From: Geosiphon pyriformis uo1
Lineage: Eukaryota; Fungi; Glomeromycota
DNA: 64,000 bases
NCBI GenBank assembly: GCA_016748015.1
Contig: JAAOMT010000695.1
Coordinates: 1,085 to 65,084 of the forward strand
Direction of reading: 5' to 3'
Part shown: positions 56,467-64,000 of the stretch, one piece after another
Position numbering within the stretch: position 1 is the first letter of the stretch
Layout: every line of letters starts with the position of its first letter
The notes under the pieces: generated by a model
Told to the model about the DNA's origin: nothing
Seen by the model: only the letters and a program-made list of their open reading frames with translations
Databases searched by the model: none
Made by a program: the position numbers and the translations under genes

Positions 56467-57363
56467 ATTTCATTGCAATAAAATTCTAAAAAGGGAGACT
56501 TTAGAAGGATAAGATAACCTTTTTATAATGATTCTTTCAAAAAAATTTCATCATATGTGATTAATAACAGTAAAATAAAAACTTTTATTAGTCGCGAAAC
56601 CCTATAAATCAGCAATTTTTATTGATAGAAACGATAAAAGATCCCGGTTAATCATTCCCAAATAATCACAGCTAATGATCAAAGTTGGGGATATGTTAGT
56701 TATCGGATTTACACATGTTTGCATAAATATATTACGAATATTAAAATTTAAAAAAAAATTAAAAATTGATAATACAAACAAAAAAAATTTTTGCTTAAAG
56801 TTTTCTGTATATTTTTAATATTATATATTCTTTAAGGCAAATTGGTAAAGATTTTCTTCAAAATATTTAGATCTAATACTTTATTTTCATAGGAATAGCC
56901 AAATTCTATTTTGCAAATACTGCATCTTTTCATTAAGGCGTTCTTTCATTAAGGGGTTCATTTTTATATATCAATAATCGAAAGTTAGGATTAAATATAC
57001 CTCTTGAATAATTTTTTTTTTGACTAATTTCGTGAAACTTCTATAAATAATAGATCATTCAAATCATTTCCAATTATCGATAATTAATTTTTTTAATTGA
57101 GAACTATAGTTTAAGAATGTTTTGAGATCTTGATCATGTTTGTAAACAGTATAGTATGATTTTTATAATTAAAAAAAAATTGAAATTCATTCCTATTATT
57201 TGTAAATATTTATATTCATTTGAATTTTAGCTTTTAATAAATATCTACCTGGATATCAACTAATTTCAACATTTAGTCAAGCAAATATAAATATATAATT
57301 TTAATCAATAGAATATATTAATTATATTGAATATAATTTTTCTAACACTTGTTAAATATTGTA

Positions 57364-58416
57364 ATCCCCTTGAAGACTATTTTAATGAACATTATTCAAA
57401 AGTACTAAAAGAAAATTTCGCTACTTTGCAGAGAACCTCATTTATGCATGATTCTTTCAAAAAGTTACAAAACTTTTGCACAGAAATAGCTGTTAAAAAT
57501 TCAGCTATAGTCTTCAACTCGCAAGATTTTACCTCTCTTATTGAAAATGCTCTTGCCTCAATTTTAACTTAAGATGACTTAAATATAGAAGAATCTAAGA
57601 TATGGGAAAAGATTGTGGAATGGGAGTTGCTAAATTAGATCCGAATATTCAGATGAAATAAGTTCGTGACTGTACAGATGAAAACTTTAACGCCTTTAAA
57701 GAATCCATTGAAAGACTTCTACCTTTAATCCGCTTCTTTAACATATCTTCAGTTAACTTCTATCACAAAGTAAAACCATTTGTGAGAATCTTGGCTGGAA
57801 CTTTATATGAAGATCTTTTACACATTATCTCGTATCAGGTAGTCATCAAAAGTCTGTAGACGCTCAGCCATTACGTTTTTCCCAATTAAATATTGATTCA
57901 AAGCTTCTTCGATCACATAATATAAAACAGCTTGATCATTGGATTCAAGGTAAAAACAAAAATACTCCTTTTGAAGATCAACTTGGAAATGATTTTAGAT
58001 TGTTACTTCGAGGCAGTCAAGACGGATTACTCCAGCCAATTTTCATCGACTATGTGATAATAAAGGAGGAACAGTTAGCGTAATCAAAGTGAAAGGAACT
58101 GATCAATTAATAGGTGGCTATAAACCACTGTCTTGGTACATGAAAAATTAGATGGAAAAGGAAATTTTATTTTTTCTCTTGGAAATGCTACATTTTGCAA
58201 ATTTGTTAGTAGATTTGGACTTATAGTGGGCTAAATTATGGACCTTGTTTTGGAGGTAGCAATATTATCTTGATTTGTAATAAATTTAAAAATATTCCAG
58301 GGTGCTTTTGTATGAAGACAATAGATTATGAGCATGATATAATGCCAGGATTGCACAATCAAAAGAGGAATTTATTTTTCGAGGAGTATTAAGTTTTTCA
58401 AATCATAAAAAGATAA
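57364..58416 (+). pseudogene. 5'-truncated BACK-TLDc pseudogene, inverted paralog of 857-1925
   Basis: PLEDYFNEHYSKVLKENFATLQRTSFMHDSFKKLQNFCTEI.. aligns with the first gene. Multiple stops and frameshifts; the BTB exon is missing. Confidence 0.9.
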
Positions 58417-59005
58417 ATTTACTTTTATTTAATTTAATTTATACATTATCTGAAGGTTTTACAACTTATCTTGGGAATTTTTACTAGCAGAATATTCTAT
58501 AGCATTTTATTTTAAACCTCACAATAAAGTTAAGATAATAACACTCTATATATTTTAAATCAGAAACACTTTAGAAAATTTAAGTTGCATTAATAAAAAT
58601 TATTTTATAAGTTTAGGTTTTTATCACTGGCGAAAACCATAAAATGTTCTTTAACTGAATAATATTAGAAATGTAACTTCCAAATGCATATTTGTGTGTT
58701 CCCCGCTAATTAAATTATAAATTTTAGATTTTCACTATGTGCTTATATATAAAAATACTTTTAACTTCTTACTTATATTAATAAAGTTGTAATTAATTTA
58801 TTTTCAATAAAGAAACTTTGAGAACTCAATTTCCAAATAAGATATAATCGCAGCTTCGAGATAGTAATTCTTGATTAAACCAAAATTTTTATTTATAAAT
58901 TTTTTTAGTATTAAATTATTTTCTTATATATTTAAACATTACAAACTTTCTTTTTTAATTGACTGTAGTAGAAATTCCCATTATTCAAAAGAAATACAAT
59001 TGAAA

Positions 59006-59350
59006 ATGCCTTTCAAACTATTAGTAACGTTAATTTTCTTTGCTCTGTTCTCTCATAATCTCATTTTTGCATTTAAAAAAAACAAATTTCTTGAATCAAA
59101 ATTTAATTAATAAAATTAGTGAATGTGATGTTAACTATTAAATCGACTAGAGTTAATGTGACAAAAACAATTGCAAAACTATTCCCTTATATAATATGAA
59201 GTTTGATAGAAATTAAATATTGAAGATTAATACATGCTCACTCATGTTTAATCTAGAACTGAAGACTTCATATGAATGCTAATGGGAGAAAACCATTCAT
59301 TTTGGATCACTTGTTCAAGAAATTTGAAGCCATAATATGTTCTTGGGCTA
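59006..59350 (+). pseudogene. Possible decayed small secreted Cys-containing protein
   Basis: Signal-peptide-like MPFKLLVTLIFFALFSHNLIFA is followed downstream by a Cys-bearing frame (ECDVNY*..CDKNNCKTIP..TCSL..YEC*) with several stops. Confidence 0.3.
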
Positions 59351-62300
59351 ATAATCCTAATTTCGAGTTATTATAATTAATAATTTTGATATGCTCCCTC
59401 TTAATTAAAAAGTTTAAAACTAATTAATTTTTAAATGTCTCTAATATTGTTTTTATTTTCAGTAGAATTGAAAACTTCTTTGATTTAGACAAAAAAAACT
59501 AAATAGTTTGGCTTAAAATCAACAATAACTATTATGTATTTTATTTAGATAGTATCATTCAAACTTTTTTACCTACATGTCTGTTTTCTCAATATTATGA
59601 TTCTAAAAAATTCAAATAAAATGGATAAATAAATTTTAAATTGCCAAATATTTGCCTAATAAGCTAGATCTACTGTACACTCATCATAAAATTATTACAA
59701 AAGATAATAAAATTATTTTTATATAATTAATTAAATATGCTTTCAATAAAATTTCTTTTTTTTGTAAATTTTCAATTTCGCTGTTTTACTTATTTTTACA
59801 TGACAATATTGTAACTTTACAAATATAGTTTGTCATAAAATTGATCCAGTGTTATTGTTATTAAATAATAAGCTATAAGATACCATGTTATGTTTTTTTA
59901 CAGACTAAGTATAATTTGTAGCACAATTTATTTGAACAGCACAATATTTAATACCAAAAAAACATGTATTTTTATTATGATAAAATAAAAATGAGAAAAA
60001 AAATCACCTGTTTTGGATCACAAAATATAATATATAATTAATATATTATTATGTTTACACTATAAAAATAATTAACAGTAATATATTGCAAATGAAAATT
60101 TAAATTTATGTTCAAATTTTATATGAGTGCACTATTATAAGTTAGTCTGTAATCTTAATTAGTGATAATATTTAGTTCAAAAAAATTTTATAACTACTTT
60201 TAAACACATTTGTTTTAAATTACTATTTTCTTGTAATGCATATTTACTTTAATAAAATCTTATTAGATTTGTTTCTAAATTTTTTTGGCTGCATAAAAAA
60301 TAGTTTATTCTTTAATAACAAGTTTAAAATCTTGGATTATATTAAAAAAGAAATAAAATTAACAGTTAATAATATGTATATTAATAATAAAACATGTAAA
60401 AAAAAGCAGATAAGTTGCTTCAAAACTTATAAAACACTGGTTTACTTTATTTTATATTAAAAAATTAATATTTAATTAAAATAAAGTTATATACATCATA
60501 AATTAATATAATTTTAAAGAAATAAAAATAAAAAACTTTTTGTTAGCTTAGATGTTAAATTTTTTATTTGCTATAGTCTTAAGTAAAACTTATTAAAAAA
60601 GTCAATATTTAATTAAAATAAAATTGTACACAATATAAGTTAATACAATTAAAAAAAATATATATAAAAATATTAATTTATTATTTTTGTTTGGCCTATT
60701 GCAACACAATTAAAAAACTATTTATTAGTTTTGTATTAAATTATTTGTTCACTGTGATTTTATGTGCTCTTTATATATAATATTGAGTATTAATAAAGTG
60801 TCTTTTTAGACTTCTTATAACACATTTAAAAAAACTATTTATCAGTCTGGTATTTAATTTATTTATTATAGTCTTATTGAAAAAGTTAATAAGATTACTT
60901 AATTCTCTAATTTTGTTGATTTTATTGACTTGTAATTTGTTTTATCAGTCATGAAGTTAAAACTATAAAGGTAGGTTTTTTTAATTTGTTCTAATTTAAA
61001 GAAGACACAACTTTTAAAAATTAGTTTATGTTTGTAAATATATTTATAGCAATTTATTAGAAGATGTCTTGCATTACAAGATAAAAAAAATAAGATCCAG
61101 AATTATGTAAGTATATGATTGAAAAACATTTGTTTTATTATATTCTGTCCATAAACAATTGAAAGAAATATGAAAGTGAAATTGAGATAAGTACATAGTT
61201 GCTTTTTTTCCTGGCAATCTGGGTTAATTTGAATGTCAAAAAAGCTAAGTTGTTGCTTGGCCTTAATTTTACTGTGGCGTGGCATGTTATGTCATGTCAA
61301 GAGCATAAAGTCATATTTTGTGCCAATCTGATAACTGATGACATTCGGCATTTTTGCTGGCTTTAAGTGGGAAGCATTCTATGATTTAGACCTTAGGTAC
61401 TTTTATATTAATGCAGAATGAGATGAAATATAAAAGGACAAAAAGAATCATGAGAATAAGAAAGAAGAGCTATTATTGATGAACCTTTTGATATGTTTTG
61501 GTTTCTTAATTTTAGCCTTCAGAAAAAGCAAACAAATGATCATTATTCACAAATTAAAGATTCCTTGCAAATTTAGTTTATTCATTGTGGGAATATTTAT
61601 TTAAATACTATATAAGTGATGAATTCTATATTCAGAATATATATTGCCCCCCCTAAAAGCACTATTCATCGCTACTATAACCCTGATTTGTTGTAATAAC
61701 CGAAAGTGATCATTATGCCGAAGTTTTATCAATTTAATAATGACCAATCTGTGTAGACCGGCGGGCTAGAATAATTAACTAGAATGCAACTATTTCATAA
61801 ATGTGTACAAGCCCCTTTGGGTGGTGGAAAACTCTTAGTAATTAAAATTTCTGGCATAAAAATAGATGAATAAAGAAACAAAGTTTTAGATAGTATCAAT
61901 GTATTTTAAAGCAAAAATTTTTTTAAACTAAATTGGAAATAAGAATTAAAAGCCTTTACTATTTGAATTGAAAGTTCTTTTTTAAGATAATATAAGTGAT
62001 GTAGAAAGCAAATTCATTCTGTATTGAAATTAGAAACAAAGACAATAAGCAATAATACAATAAGCGATAAAAAATTCAAAAGCTTATATTTTGTACTATC
62101 ATAATATTTGCAAACAAATAATATTTAATAGCATATTTTTCTTGGTTTTGTTTGTGACATGGATACAATTTTAATCATAATGGCAATCGAAATTCGAGAT
62201 TTCTTACTGATTGGTAGTAAAATTGAGACTTATGTTGTTTACATAATTCAAAAACTAGAATTTTAACGAAAAAAGTCGATGGATGACCGAAACTATTCAT

Positions 62301-64000
62301 TTATTTACTTATAAATATACAGTAAAAATTTGAAAAATAATTCTTAGAACAATGTTTGTTACAAAAAATATTATGATACAGATCAAAATTAACAATCAAA
62401 TGAATTAAAGAATGTTAAATTTAGATTTGTAAATTTATTCAAGTTTTTACTTTCAAAAAAAATTATGCTAGAAAAAATAAATGAAATATGTAATACAACT
62501 TTTAATTTCTAATAATTAGAAAGATCAAAGTTTAAGAAGTTGAATGGATCTAAATGCATTTTTAAAAACCTCTAATCGTATCTAGAAGGTTTTCGTAACA
62601 CTAATTATGTCAGCATTATTTCACCTAATAAAATTGGCTATTTATTATAGCTCTTTTCAATACTTATTTAAAAAATAGAGGTTTTTTTAAAATATTTATA
62701 AAATTTATGAACAATTACTTTATTTAAGATTCCTTAAGTAAAAATCACATTGTTAATATTAAAAAATCAAATATTTACTATTTTATAATAATCCAATAAT
62801 TTTAAAAAGTTTTTATGTAAAATAATGTCAAATTTAAAATATGAATTATTTTATACAAATAAATAATTATAACAATTTAACCTTAAAGTGTAATTGAAAA
62901 ATTTATTGATCCAAATCTTATTAAATAAAAATTTGTAATATTTTTGGTTCTAAAATACAAAAATTAATTTATACTGAACTTGAATAATAAATATTAATTA
63001 TTTTTTGTATAATTATTCATTAAATGTTTTTATTACAGCTTTTTTTAAATTTTAATTAAAAAATTATTTTTCTTTTGGTTAATTTTCTTCTGCTTGACAA
63101 AATTTAATTCATATATTATATCATAATTTATTAACAGCTCTATATAAAATCTCTTTGCTATTAACAAAAGTTTTCTGTTTATTCTTATTCTTAGTCTAAA
63201 TTTGGTAATTTATTTTAATAGAATATCCATTTTGGAGCATTATGATTTACTATCAAAACAGTGCTATCATAAACTAGAATATGTTCTTCATCGTACATCA
63301 ACCAGTTTTTTTTGCAAGTTGTGAAATATTGGTAATCTTGCTTCAGAATTATGGTTTAATTTCAGTCAAATTTTTGTTGGTTACTTAGATTATTTGTTTT
63401 CTTTTACCTTTTAATTCAATAGATTTATTACAATAAACATTCTTTGCTGCAGTTGGAAACTAAACCTCCGATCTTTGGAGTGTTTATTTAAAAGAACAAA
63501 ACTATATCCCTGTGTATTAAGAGAGACATTTTTGTGGCATGGAACTTAATGATCTTAAGTTACTTGATATAGAAGATCTATCGATCTATAAAGATCTAAG
63601 AGTTATCTTCCAATTCTTGAAAATGTAATTTTTAAGATGGATATATATGGAATACTTTCATTAGAGTTTATGGTTTAGAATTTTTCTTATTAAAATAACT
63701 TAAAGGTGAAATTGCCTAATTAACATTTAAATTTGTTAGGCATATGCAAGTCACGAAAAAAAATCAGTTAATTATTAAATTATTTTTATTACCTTTTTAA
63801 TCTAAATTACTTCTCTGTATTTCTCATTTGATATTCCGGGATAAATATAAAAAAGTAAATAAAAATATTTTGAAATACTTGCAGCTTGATTTTCACAGAA
63901 CTAGACCAAAGTTTATAAAGAGGCCTAGATTCTTTGTCAATACTACTTTTTTAATTAAGTGAGAATTTTAAATAAAAGTGTATGTTTCTGAATCGGGAAA

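Overview
Very AT-rich eukaryotic DNA with short GT-AG introns. The gene repertoire (Sel1-repeat tyrosine-kinase-like kinase with HGDLHPGN, BTB/TLDc genes, multi-exon Argonaute) points to a Glomeromycotina/Mucoromycota fungus; this is inference. Manual splicing gives: a disabled BTB-BACK-TLDc gene (857-2354, -) and its inverted, more decayed copy (57364-58416, +); an intact Sel1-repeat/Cys-rich/TKL kinase (3673-6527); a ~2.6 kb foldback made of two inverted copies of an unknown pseudogene (8877-11520); an intact 14-exon Argonaute with the D-E-D-H tetrad (37298-40907); HPPD (47232-48925); a jacalin-like lectin (50720-51560); two orphan multi-exon genes; and Tc1/mariner remnants. The main observation is seven intact, diverged class-3 lipase-fold genes (A-G, 13.6-56.5 kb). 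All seven lack the catalytic serine (GHGxGG/GHGFGA x6, GHRVGG x1) and have Pro at the oxyanion-hole position (F/VxGP or FKAP instead of FRGS/T). All keep an N-terminal hydrophobic segment, a pro-region ending in a Lys-Arg (Kex2-type) site, conserved intron positions and six Cys including a CxC motif. This looks like an expanded, maintained family of secreted pseudo-lipases (lipid-binding, sensing or decoy proteins) rather than decaying enzymes. All exon models were derived by eye; no database searches were run.
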